64,000 nucleotides of DNA, from IMG/VR virus record IMGVR_UViG_3300028840_003271, positions 96,001 through 160,000 of that record, one strand, 5' to 3'. How positions within the stretch are numbered: the stretch's first letter is position 1; the number at the start of each line of letters is the position of its first letter. Shown in pieces: positions 47,887 through 57,000 of this stretch. The DNA is from a virus. A program made the translations under genes and the position numbers. Under the pieces are notes generated by a model. It did not search any database and had not been told where the DNA came from. It worked only from the letters and a program-made list of their open reading frames with translations.

Positions 47887-49968
47887 TTAAATTTGTAGAA
47901 CATTCTCAACCAAAAATGAATCTTTTTTCTGGTCACCTCTTTTTCCACGAAGCATTACGTGATTATTTTGAACTAATAAACTTTTACATTTTAACCAAAC
48001 ATCTGGAAAAACTACAATTGAAGACAATTTTCCTGTGAGATCTGATCCTTCAACAAATGCCATTTTTTGACCAGGATTTTTACCTTTTTTAGTTTTAATT
48101 TCACGAACTTCATCTACACATATTGGAAGCATAATAATTGGATTAGAATTATTACCAGTCAAAAACTCTTTAATATTACAATTAGCATCTTCAATATTAC
48201 AACTTTCAACACTAGAATGTGTTAATGAAATACCTAATAAAGATTCTTCTAAACCAGCCACCCATTCTGGTGAATCTTTCAAACTATGTGGGGGATGTTG
48301 TAGTTGTTTGACTAAATCTTCAATTTTAGCAACTCTATTTTTATTTGCACACCCCCCATCTTTACCAGCAGAAGTAGTGGATAAGTTTTCAAGCAGTTGT
48401 GTGAGAGAAGAAAATTGTGTAAGTCGTTTTTCACACCATGACTGTTCACGAGATGATAATTTAGAGTAAATTTCAAATTCATACAACATTTGAGACCGCA
48501 ATATTTTCAAATGTGATAATGAACCAACCGAGATGAGTGCTGTAATTGCTTTTGAATTTACATATTGGGATATTTTTACAAGAAATTCTAACCACGTAAT
48601 TTTGTCTGTATTTATTTTTTCTCTCGATAAATGTTTTTGTAATTTAGATATTGCGGATTTACCCACTCCTTTAATGTCTGATAATCCAAAATAGATTTTT
48701 TTATCAATAAGTTTGAAGTGTGAATTTAAATGCATAATTGATGGTGGAAGTATTTCTAAATCATATCTTCGAGTGTCGTTGATAATTTCATTAATTTCTT
48801 GTTGTGGTTTTTGTTTATCTTTAGCATAATATAAATAAGAAGTGTAAAATGCTCGTTTAAAATGTGCTTTACAATAAGCACTTAAATATGTGTTCATGGC
48901 ATAACTTACACTATGGGAATTTGAGGTTGCTATACCATTGGCATAAAATAGGTGTTCGTCGTTGTTGACTTCTATATCTATTGTTGGTGATAATCCTATA
49001 TATTTAACGTCCCCCCAATCAATTTGTCCATCTATTTCATATTCTTGTCCAAAACGGTCAAAGATTTGTTTGTAATATTGAACATTGTGTTTTTTAGAAA
49101 TCTGTTGAATAGATCTAATAATACCATCTTTACAAAGAAATTTATGATCTTTAGTGCATCTAATTGGTTGTTCAAGTCCCCAAAATTTATATTCGTATAA
49201 TTCTTTTTGACCATTATGATATATATTTTTTACTTTACAAAATTGATGTTTATATGGATGATTTTTAACAGGACATTTAATGTAATTACCAATTTTAATA
49301 TCTTTTAATGGTATTAGAATATTATTTGGTTTTTCTACATATGTAGTTTTGGGACATAAACATTTGTTGAACGAGTATCTTTGAGCACTTTCGATCCAAC
49401 TAAAAATTTCTTCTGCTTCTTGTTCGTTTACTACACCCTTTTGTTTAGTACCTTCAATAAATTGTTTTTTGACTTGTGCCATTTTTTCTGGACGTTTTTT
49501 TCCTATGGCCTTTCTTAATAATTCTGCTTGTGTTAAATTAAAACCAGCAACATCAACAGTAATTTGTAAAGCAGATTCTTGAAAGACCAAAATTCCGTAT
49601 GTTTTTTCCAAAGCATTTTTCAATGATGGATGGAAATATTTAATTTCATCTTTACCGTTTTTTCTATCAATATAATGTTCGGTTAGACTTTTACCATCTA
49701 ACTTACTTTCTAATGGTCCTGGACGAAGCAAAGCATTTAGAGCCGCTAATTGTTCAATATTTTGTGGTTTAAGTGCTTTTGCAAAATGTTGACCTAGGTG
49801 AGATTCAAGTTGGAAACACCCTTTAACTAGACCACTACTAATTAAATTCCAAGTTCGACTACAATCGAGTGGTATTTTGTTAATATCTGGTTCAAATTTT
49901 AAAGAAAAGGGATCTTCTGATAAAATTTCAAAAGAACAACCACAATCTTCAAATGTAAATTTTTTCAT
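47887..49968 (-). CDS. dnaE: DNA polymerase III alpha, C-terminal fragment (fingers/HhH/OB) with mini-intein
   Basis: 'GCFQLES', 'LLRPGPL', 'TYGILVFQE', 'LLRKAIGKK', 'YSFNK|intein|SHSVSYA', 'FGLSDIKGVG', 'MAFVEGSDLTG'. Confidence 0.9.
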   Translation of the reverse strand: MKKFTFEDCGCSFEILSEDPFSLKFEPDINKIPLDCSRTWNLISSGLVKGCFQLESHLGQHFAKALKPQNIEQLAALNALLRPGPLESKLDGKSLTEHYIDRKNGKDEIKYFHPSLKNALEKTYGILVFQESALQITVDVAGFNLTQAELLRKAIGKKRPEKMAQVKKQFIEGTKQKGVVNEQEAEEIFSWIESAQRYSFNKCLCPKTTYVEKPNNILIPLKDIKIGNYIKCPVKNHPYKHQFCKVKNIYHNGQKELYEYKFWGLEQPIRCTKDHKFLCKDGIIRSIQQISKKHNVQYYKQIFDRFGQEYEIDGQIDWGDVKYIGLSPTIDIEVNNDEHLFYANGIATSNSHSVSYAMNTYLSAYCKAHFKRAFYTSYLYYAKDKQKPQQEINEIINDTRRYDLEILPPSIMHLNSHFKLIDKKIYFGLSDIKGVGKSAISKLQKHLSREKINTDKITWLEFLVKISQYVNSKAITALISVGSLSHLKILRSQMLYEFEIYSKLSSREQSWCEKRLTQFSSLTQLLENLSTTSAGKDGGCANKNRVAKIEDLVKQLQHPPHSLKDSPEWVAGLEESLLGISLTHSSVESCNIEDANCNIKEFLTGNNSNPIIMLPICVDEVREIKTKKGKNPGQKMAFVEGSDLTGKLSSIVVFPDVWLKCKSLLVQNNHVMLRGKRGDQKKDSFLVENVLQI
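48919..49362 (-). mobile_element. Mini-intein (148 aa, no endonuclease) in DnaE
   Basis: Starts CLCPKTTYV; 'IRCTKDHKFL' block B; ends 'TIDIEV...HLFYANGIATSN' before Ser+1; removal restores FNKSH. Confidence 0.85.
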
Positions 49969-50177
49969 TAATCATATTCCCAAAATTCATATGTAATTTT
50001 GTTCTTTTTTTGTTTTTTTTGTTTTCTTTGTTTTTTTTGTTCTCTTTGTTTTCTTTGTTGGTGTTTTTGTATTGCTAAATATAGTTCTTCATCACAAGTA
50101 CAATGATACATCATTTCTCCACACATATCACAAATTTGATTAAATCTATCTTCATGTTCTTCTGAAATATCACCCAT
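49968..50177 (-). CDS. Small Cys-containing protein with a K/Q low-complexity tail
   Basis: CDMC...CTC; QRKQ repeats. Confidence 0.45.
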   Translation of the reverse strand: MGDISEEHEDRFNQICDMCGEMMYHCTCDEELYLAIQKHQQRKQREQKKQRKQKKQKKNKITYEFWEYD

Positions 50178-50202
50178 TATTTTTACTCTCTATAAATACT
50201 TT

Positions 50203-50439
50203 CTATTTAATAATACATATTACAAACTTATCGGTGTCTAGAAATTTTTTACGCATATGTTCTTTATTGATTTTGTAATATATCCATCCTTTTTTATGCA
50301 TAACTTGTCGAACTAATTTTTGTAAAATTGTATTCATTACATATTCTAATTCATCTTCTGTAAAGAAATTTTGTATGTTTGAAATTAAATTTTGTACACA
50401 ATTATCATTAATATGTTTTATTTTTGAATTAAGATTCAT
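50203..50439 (-). CDS. Hypothetical protein (weakly similar to the upstream ORF)
   Basis: 'DELEYVMNTIL...WIYYKINK' vs 'EIEGILNYVIT...WRYYKINR'. Confidence 0.45.
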   Translation of the reverse strand: MNLNSKIKHINDNCVQNLISNIQNFFTEDELEYVMNTILQKLVRQVMHKKGWIYYKINKEHMRKKFLDTDKFVICIIK

Positions 50440-50719
50440 AATATCTCAGGTCTCCATTTTTTTCTATTGCTTTATTCTCATAAGGTCCAGCAAGACGACG
50501 ATAAAATTCTTGTTTGACACACTCCAATATTCCCATTACACGATTTATTTTGTAGTATCTCCATTTTCCATACGACAACATTGTTTTATTAATAATTTGA
50601 GTAATGACATAATTTAATATTCCTTCAATTTCATTTTCATTAAAAGACATTAATTGTCCTACTAAATCATCAATTTCGTCGTCAATTAATTTTCTATCTT
50701 CTGATTTAATGTATGGCAT
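50429..50719 (-). CDS. Conserved phage protein (DUF6899-like)
   Basis: 'MPYIK..DR', 'G.LNYVIT', 'G.LECVKQEFYRR..GPYENKAIEKNGD'. Confidence 0.65.
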   Translation of the reverse strand: MPYIKSEDRKLIDDEIDDLVGQLMSFNENEIEGILNYVITQIINKTMLSYGKWRYYKINRVMGILECVKQEFYRRLAGPYENKAIEKNGDLRYYES

Positions 50720-51036
50720 TATCTTGGCATTTCTGTTATTAAATGTTCAGGAACTTCAAAAGTAAAATCCGATATTGTATCTTCTGCTTCATTATATATA
50801 TTTAATTGGTCATCACTAAAATATAAACTTTTAAGTTGATAAGGTTCTAAAACAGAAACAACACCTGCTGGACACTTACCCATATAATTACATAAGTCCC
50901 ATTGTAGAATTTTTAGAAATGGTGGTGTACCTAAAATAACAACAATATATTTGTAATTTCTATCCCAAGAATGTAATCTTGCTAAATATATTCCTGGTTC
51001 TGTTGGAGTGTTTTGTGAAATATCATCATTAACCAT
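50719..51036 (-). CDS. Hypothetical protein
   Basis: SD AGGAG; 'PTEPGIY' motif. Confidence 0.5.
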   Translation of the reverse strand: MVNDDISQNTPTEPGIYLARLHSWDRNYKYIVVILGTPPFLKILQWDLCNYMGKCPAGVVSVLEPYQLKSLYFSDDQLNIYNEAEDTISDFTFEVPEHLITEMPR

Positions 51037-51058
51037 TATATTCTCCTTTTCTTATATA

Positions 51059-51340
51059 TTAATACCATGTGCCGTATCTATAAAATCGTGGATAGTAACC
51101 GTAACTATAACCATAACCACGTCCATAATTACCATAATGATAGTGGTGAAAATAATAGGTTCGGTTTACTGGTGGTGAATAACTATACCAAGGTCCAGGA
51201 AATCCAAATGTTCCATGGTTGGAATAGCGATAACTTGCTCGTGGTACGCTTTGTACTGGAGGCTGTGGAAGATAAATTTGAGCAAAAATTGGTGAGGAAA
51301 AAAATAGTGTCAAAAATAGTGTGAAAATTAAAGTTTTCAT
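51059..51340 (-). CDS. Small secreted Tyr/Gly/Pro-rich protein
   Basis: Signal peptide MKTLIFTLFLTLFFSSPIFA; low-complexity YGxGYGY tail. Confidence 0.6.
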   Translation of the reverse strand: MKTLIFTLFLTLFFSSPIFAQIYLPQPPVQSVPRASYRYSNHGTFGFPGPWYSYSPPVNRTYYFHHYHYGNYGRGYGYSYGYYPRFYRYGTWY

Positions 51341-51342
51341 GA

Positions 51343-51681
51343 TTACTCCCATTCAAGTAGTGTTATAGGTGATTCGTCAGTTACATTTAATCGTTCTTTA
51401 AATACTTTTTTAACCTCGGATATAGAATTAAAGCCTGATTTTTGAGCATTTAGGTCTGTTAATTTTCCCATTTTTGTGTGTGTAACTTTGATGAGTTGTC
51501 GTATGATACACCAGTTTAGTCTATTACAACCCAAAAGGATGTTTGTGTTTTCACGAAACGCAACATGGTTTTTAATGATAGCACAATTAGAAATATCATA
51601 TAGTATTTTTTCTCGTAAAGAATTTCCTGCAACAAGTAATGCTTGTAATGGCTGTTGTACTTCTTCATAAAAAGCAATCAT
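51343..51681 (-). CDS. ASCH/PUA-like domain protein
   Basis: 'KMGKLTDLNAQKSGFNSISEVKK...ITLLEWE' resembles the ASCH C-terminus. Confidence 0.5.
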   Translation of the reverse strand: MIAFYEEVQQPLQALLVAGNSLREKILYDISNCAIIKNHVAFRENTNILLGCNRLNWCIIRQLIKVTHTKMGKLTDLNAQKSGFNSISEVKKVFKERLNVTDESPITLLEWE

Positions 51682-52382
51682 TATTTATCCTCTTTAAAAG
51701 CGTTTTTAAAAGTGTTTTTTGTTTTTTCTAAAATACGACGATGGAAATCTAAAAAACGAACAATAATTTTTGTGGTGTCTTTAACATCTTTTAGAGCATC
51801 GTGTCCTCCTTCGTTTTTAAGTCCGAGAAAAGGTCGTAAAACATCCATATTATAAGATTTTGGTTCTGATAAATTTTCAAACCAGAAAAAACATAAATGT
51901 AGTGTGTCAATAATATCACGAGGATAAAAAAGTTCCATTTCTCCTTTTTTGTCTACATGTTTGTATTTTTCACACAATCTTTGTAATATGGGAATGTCAA
52001 AACGGATAATATTTGCTCCACACGCTATTGGTGCTGAAAACTTACTTTTATTATTATTGGTTTTCGTGTGATATTTCAATAAATAATTTTTAAAATTATC
52101 AAACACATCTTTTTCAGATGGAGCATTTTTCCAAAGTTCTAAAATTTTATCTACAGTTGTTTTACGAATACGAGCGTGCCATTCAATAGTATCTCGGTGT
52201 TCATCAAGGTAGTTTTGTTCACCAATAGTTGGTGGGCAAATAAAACTTTCAAAAGTGGAATCTGGTATAATTTCAAGTGTTCGTGGATTTACCATCAAAG
52301 CAGCAATTTGGGTTGGATTTGCTATTTTTGGGTCGGACGAATCTGTTTCTAAATCAAACACACATAGTTTATGAAAGTTCAC
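51681..52382 (-). CDS. 3'-5' exonuclease, DEDDh (DnaQ-like)
   Basis: ExoI 'FDLETD', ExoII 'GANIIRFDIP', ExoIII 'HDALKD'. Confidence 0.85.
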   Translation of the reverse strand: MNFHKLCVFDLETDSSDPKIANPTQIAALMVNPRTLEIIPDSTFESFICPPTIGEQNYLDEHRDTIEWHARIRKTTVDKILELWKNAPSEKDVFDNFKNYLLKYHTKTNNNKSKFSAPIACGANIIRFDIPILQRLCEKYKHVDKKGEMELFYPRDIIDTLHLCFFWFENLSEPKSYNMDVLRPFLGLKNEGGHDALKDVKDTTKIIVRFLDFHRRILEKTKNTFKNAFKEDK

Positions 52383-52555
52383 TTAAAAGTTCTCCTACCT
52401 CGTTGTTTTTTTATACATTCTTCGTGGGTAAATCCTTCCAACAATAATTTTTTTCTCTCTTCAATTTCTTCGTCAACAGATTTCATTTCTTTACCTATCA
52501 TTCTTAAATATTTAAAAGCAGCGTCGGTTGACGGCATTGGATCTGGTCGTGACAT
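52379..52555 (-). CDS. Small hypothetical protein (58 aa, not in the ORF track)
   Basis: MSRPDPMPSTDAAFKYLRMIGKEMKSVDEEIEERKKLLLEGFTHEECIKKQRGRRTFK; fills the gap and its TGA overlaps the next GTG. Confidence 0.55.
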   Translation of the reverse strand: MSRPDPMPSTDAAFKYLRMIGKEMKSVDEEIEERKKLLLEGFTHEECIKKQRGRRTFK

Positions 52556-52556
52556 T

Positions 52557-52916
52557 TTATTCTACTTCCCTTCTAATATCGTAAACATAGGTTAAAAGTT
52601 TATATTGTTTAGCAAGATTAATCATATGGTAGGTTCCTTGACTACCATTCCAAATTGCTAAACAGGCATCTCCTACTTTTGCCATTTCTTCATTACGACG
52701 ATAACCGGCTGATCTGCCATATTTATTCCAATCTGCTGGCATTCTTTTGATTGGAATGTCGTTATTTTTAGCGTAAAGTTCACCTAATTGATCAACCCCA
52801 CGAGCAGTTCCGCTAATTATTTGTGTTATTTTTTTATGTAAATCAAATTTAGTTAGTGCTATTAGTAGAATGTTATAATCGGTAATGTCTCGTGAACCCG
52901 CTATGATTAATTTCAT
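52557..52916 (-). CDS. SLOG-family protein (YspA/DUF2493-like)
   Basis: 'IIAGSRD', 'ISGTARGVDQLGE.YA', 'PADWNKYGRSAGYRRNEEM', 'SQGTYHMI'. Confidence 0.85.
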   Translation of the reverse strand: MKLIIAGSRDITDYNILLIALTKFDLHKKITQIISGTARGVDQLGELYAKNNDIPIKRMPADWNKYGRSAGYRRNEEMAKVGDACLAIWNGSQGTYHMINLAKQYKLLTYVYDIRREVE

Positions 52917-54759
52917 TCTTCAATATCTCCTGTGGCTAAAATACTTGAAATCCCCATAAGTTTACTTAAAAGAGACAATCCTAAAATATCCAATTTTAAC
53001 ATTCCAATTTTTTCCAACTGTTCAAATTCTAAACCAGCAACTTGTTTTTTACTTTTAGTGTCATAGACCATAGGACACATTTCTCTTAAAGGTTTTGGAG
53101 CAATAACAATGCCGGCAGCGTGTTTACTTTGAGCAGTTTTTGTACCTTCCATACGAATTGCCTGTTCAAATTTACGAGCGAACGGACCCTTAAGTTCACC
53201 ATCTTCAATATAACACCAATCTTTTAATTTGTCTGAGCGATTTTCCAGTGCCCATTGAATAATAGATGACTTACCTCTTTCATCTTTCATTTCTTGTAAT
53301 TCACTTGAAATTTTTGCCTCATCTGGAATGTGTTTGGTCATTTCATTCATTTCATAAAACGGAACTCCATATGCTCGTAATACATCTTTAAGTGCTCCTC
53401 GACCTTTCATTGTGGTAAAGGTAATCATTTGAGCAACGTGGTCCTGACCATATTTTTGTGACACATATTCAATTATTTTATCTCTTTTACTTGCTGGTAT
53501 ATCAATATCAATATCGGGTAGTGAGCCTTTACGAGCTTCATTATAAAATCGTGTAAATAATAGGTCATATGGTATGGGATCAACTTGTGTAATACTGATT
53601 AGATATGATGTCAAACAACCTGCTGCTGATCCTCTAGCTGGACCTGGTAACCATCCATTATTTCTAACATATTTGAGAATATCAGCAACAATAAGAAAGT
53701 AACTTGAAAGTCCAGCACCTTGTAAAACATTAAGTTCTTCTTTTATTCTATTTGTATATATTTGTTGATTTTCTTTTGGTATATTATTTTGTATTTTTTC
53801 TTTCCAACCGTTTTGACACAATTTTCGTAAATATTCATCTGGTGTTAAATTGTTAGGACAATCATAGGTTGGTAGTTGTGGTGGTTTCAAAATATCAGTA
53901 TATTCTTCAATTAGAGACGCTACCTTGTTAGTATTTTCCAATTCTTCTTCTGTGTGACCAAAATTTAACATTTCTTCATATGATGGAATGTAATAATTTG
54001 AAGAGGAGAAAAAGCAACTTAAAATATTATTATTTTTTGCTTCTTCAAGCGTGACCGAACCCAAATTACGACATAAAAGTATACGGTGGTCTATAGCATC
54101 TTCTTTATTACAGTAGTGAGCATCGGGTGTTGCTACAATAGGTATTCCCGTTTTTTGGAATAGTTCACGAACAACAAAAGTCAACGTATCCATTTCTGGA
54201 ACATTTTCTTTATCAAAAAGTTGACTTTCAAGATAAAAATTGTCTCTACCAAAAATTTCCCGGTATTGTTCAATAAGTTTGGTTGTTTTAGAAAGTGAAT
54301 TATCGTCGTCTAAAATAGACGTAGCAATTGTTGAACCTAAATGTCCACTAATACCAATAAGATTACCATCACAATATTCTGCTATCTGTTCTAAATTTAA
54401 TCGTGGTTTATAATAAAAATGGTCTGGACTATTTGAATCTGATACGAGTTTTATCAATTGCTTCCAACCTTGGTCGTTTTTTGCTAATATGACTAAATGG
54501 TCAAGCGACCTATTTGAGTCATCTTTAATCTTAGCATCTTTACGACATATATATGCTTCAATGCCCAAAATGGGTTTTACATCTTTCTTTTTTGCTTCTT
54601 CTAAAAACTCTACACAACCGGAAATTGAACCGTGGTCTGTCAAAGCACACGCTTGAATTTGTAATTCTTGGAGTTTTTTGACTATTTGTTTTGGTTGGCT
54701 TAATCCATCAAGTAGACTGAAAAGTGTGAGTGGCAATGAAGAATTGTATAATTTTTCAT
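52913..54759 (-). CDS. dnaE: DNA polymerase III alpha, N-terminal fragment (PHP plus palm); first ~13 codons out of frame
   Basis: 'SLLDG', 'ALTDHG', 'PILGIEAY', 'RGSAAG', 'PDIDID', 'KHAAGIVI', ends after 'KLDILGL'. GGAGG-N6-ATG at 54759 encodes MKNYTILHCHSHF in another frame. Confidence 0.85.
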
Positions 54760-54811
54760 ACCACACCTCCTTTCTTAACTAAAGAAAACATAAATATTTG
54801 TAATAATGTTT

Positions 54812-55129
54812 TTACTTTATTGTTTTATTACACCAATCACATGAAGTTTCACTATCAAGTCCACCACTAGCATTATGGAACCCAGGATAAAACGTAGTTT
54901 CAAAATGTGGACATCGTTCTTGAATTGCTTTTAGTTTTATTCCTAATTGTTTTAATTTTTCGTTGTAACGATATAGTTCAGCCCACACATTATCATTATA
55001 TTTTTTCATTTCTTGTTTAATAAGTTTTTCTTTTTCCAAAATATTTGTAATATAAGATGCTAAACCCGTATCTGTTTTATTATTTTCTGTAAATTCTTGA
55101 ATTAACTTTTGTAGTGTTTCAGTTTTCAT
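54812..55129 (-). CDS. Hypothetical coiled-coil protein with C-terminal CPH...CDWC
   Basis: 105 aa, ATGA coupling. Confidence 0.5.
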   Translation of the reverse strand: MKTETLQKLIQEFTENNKTDTGLASYITNILEKEKLIKQEMKKYNDNVWAELYRYNEKLKQLGIKLKAIQERCPHFETTFYPGFHNASGGLDSETSCDWCNKTIK

Positions 55130-55320
55130 GACATATAATCTCCCAAAACTTTCAATACTGATGGGTCGAGTTGTTTGATTTTGCTTTTACTTGTTTGAGC
55201 AAATTCTTTTTTAAACATTTCAAATTCACCCTTGAGAAAAATCCATACAAGGTCGAGTTCGTCTTCTGTAGAATTTCGTAAATGTTTTACAAGTCGTTCA
55301 AATTTTTTCTTTTTAGTCAT
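55126..55320 (-). CDS. Hypothetical protein
   Basis: 64 aa, SD AGGAG. Confidence 0.5.
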   Translation of the reverse strand: MTKKKKFERLVKHLRNSTEDELDLVWIFLKGEFEMFKKEFAQTSKSKIKQLDPSVLKVLGDYMS

Positions 55321-55329
55321 GAGTTTCTC

Positions 55330-55467
55330 CTACCAAATTATAATAGTGGCCAGAATAGCACAAAATAAAATTACTAAAAATGTTACATTAACTATTATTA
55401 CGTCTGTTACAGTTGGTGATTGACCACCACGAGTCGATTCTAATTCCTGAATTTGTTTTTTGTTCAT
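55330..55467 (-). CDS. Small membrane peptide (45 aa, not in the ORF track)
   Basis: MNKKQIQELESTRGGQSPTVTDVIIVNVTFLVILFCAILATIIIW; ATGA overlap with the upstream gene. Confidence 0.5.
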   Translation of the reverse strand: MNKKQIQELESTRGGQSPTVTDVIIVNVTFLVILFCAILATIIIW

Positions 55468-56027
55468 TTTAAATTTGTTAGAGAATAAAAGGGATTACAA
55501 AATTGAGAAAAATCTTTATCGTAAATACGAACACATAATTTATTTCCAAATTTAGGTTCTTTATAAGAATTGTAAGTATTAAGTATAGTTTGTAATGTAG
55601 CAGGACTTAATAAACCAAAACGAGTGGTATTATAATTTATGTTGTTAATATCTTTTTTTAGATTTCCAGTATTCCAAAATATCAAAATCCATGCTTTTTG
55701 TTCAATATATCTTTCTAAATTATAAACCTTAAAAGTCCATATGTTGGTTGGAGAATTTTTCATCTCTATTAGGTATTCTACATCATCAATGGTAATTTTA
55801 AAGTCAGGAGCACAACTACTTTTTTTAACTATTTTACCCGTGTTATCTATTCCATAATCTTCTACTCTAACTGAAAATCCACGACATTCCATTTCAAGTT
55901 GAAAAAGATTAACTAAAAAATTTTCTTTTTGTGTAGATTTAGCAATATCTTTTATAAATTCTTTTTGACTACGATTGTCACGACGATAATTCAAAGACTT
56001 ATTTGTTTTTGTCTTTATTTTTGTCAT
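55464..56027 (-). CDS. PD-(D/E)XK nuclease-like protein
   Basis: 'APDFKI.....LIEMK'; start probably ATG 56027. Confidence 0.55.
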   Translation of the reverse strand: MTKIKTKTNKSLNYRRDNRSQKEFIKDIAKSTQKENFLVNLFQLEMECRGFSVRVEDYGIDNTGKIVKKSSCAPDFKITIDDVEYLIEMKNSPTNIWTFKVYNLERYIEQKAWILIFWNTGNLKKDINNINYNTTRFGLLSPATLQTILNTYNSYKEPKFGNKLCVRIYDKDFSQFCNPFYSLTNLK

Positions 56028-57000
56028 ATAAATATTCTTTCTGAACAACATCAACACCCTTACGAGCAAATTCAAAAGAAAGCTGTTCACACTTAGTCAT
56101 ATATTTACCGTAATTAGGATGGTCTTCTCGAAACTCAATAATTGGTTTGACACAAGTGTTTTCAAAGGTTGTTTTACCAAAATGACAAAATTTATTACAT
56201 TTCCAGCTTTTACTCAATTTTGGTAATTGAGTAGATTGAATTTCTAAAAATCTATTTTTAATCATTTGTTTTGTTGTAGATACATCTTCTGGACCTAAAC
56301 AAATTGTAAATGGACCACCATCATTAATATAAAAGATGGTTACAAGAACATTTTTTATAGAGGGAAAAAGTAAAGTTGTAAGGTAGTGATAAATTCTTAG
56401 TTGTGGGTCTACCTGTAATTTTTCATATGTTTTTTCTTCATTTGTTGTCCAATTCCAACGACGGCCACTTTTCCAATCTACTAGCTCATATGTATTTTCG
56501 TTTGTTTGTATAACCAAGTCAATAATACCACGAAGAGTAAATTCACCCCATTTTTCTTTTACATCAATTTTAATATATTTTTCTGGTTGAACTATTGTAA
56601 GATTATAAGGATGAAAGCGTCCATTATCAAAATCTAGGGTTTTATGAACCCACAACTTACAATCTTTTAAATCTTTTGGTGACCAAGGATGATAATCTAC
56701 TACTTGAGTGGTGTAATGATTATAAACCTGGGTGGTAAGATTATCTAATTCTGTTGAGGATATTGAAAGTGTGTCAGGCACGCTAATTTGCTCACACATT
56801 TCATCCTCAATAAATTTTTCTCCGTTTTGATAGCCCAACTTAATTTTAGCAAGAATTTCTAATACTTTATGAACAATGCTTCCTTTATCTGCTTTGATAT
56901 TACTTGGCGGTTTCCATTTGAGAAGATATTCGAGAAAATATGCTTGTTGGCACATGTCCCACTGGTTGTACATCGACGAGCTTAATTTGTGTATATTCAT
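55999..57000 (-). CDS. Cas4/RecB-like PD-(D/E)XK exonuclease
   Basis: 'LSSS.YNQWDMC', 'GSIVHKVLE', 'RGIIDLV', 'LVDWKSG', 'QLRIY', C-terminal 'CNKFCHF' cysteines. Confidence 0.8.
   Translation of the reverse strand: MNIHKLSSSMYNQWDMCQQAYFLEYLLKWKPPSNIKADKGSIVHKVLEILAKIKLGYQNGEKFIEDEMCEQISVPDTLSISSTELDNLTTQVYNHYTTQVVDYHPWSPKDLKDCKLWVHKTLDFDNGRFHPYNLTIVQPEKYIKIDVKEKWGEFTLRGIIDLVIQTNENTYELVDWKSGRRWNWTTNEEKTYEKLQVDPQLRIYHYLTTLLFPSIKNVLVTIFYINDGGPFTICLGPEDVSTTKQMIKNRFLEIQSTQLPKLSKSWKCNKFCHFGKTTFENTCVKPIIEFREDHPNYGKYMTKCEQLSFEFARKGVDVVQKEYLYDKNKDKNK

Noticed and set aside
49900-52990. Split-intein trans-splicing of the two DnaE halves
   Set aside because: No intein N-block at the end of the N-fragment and no C-block at the start of the C-fragment; the only DnaE intein is a complete cis mini-intein.
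55999-57000. Cas4 as part of a CRISPR adaptation module
   Set aside because: No cas1/cas2 or array; solo Cas4-like exonucleases are common in phage replication modules.
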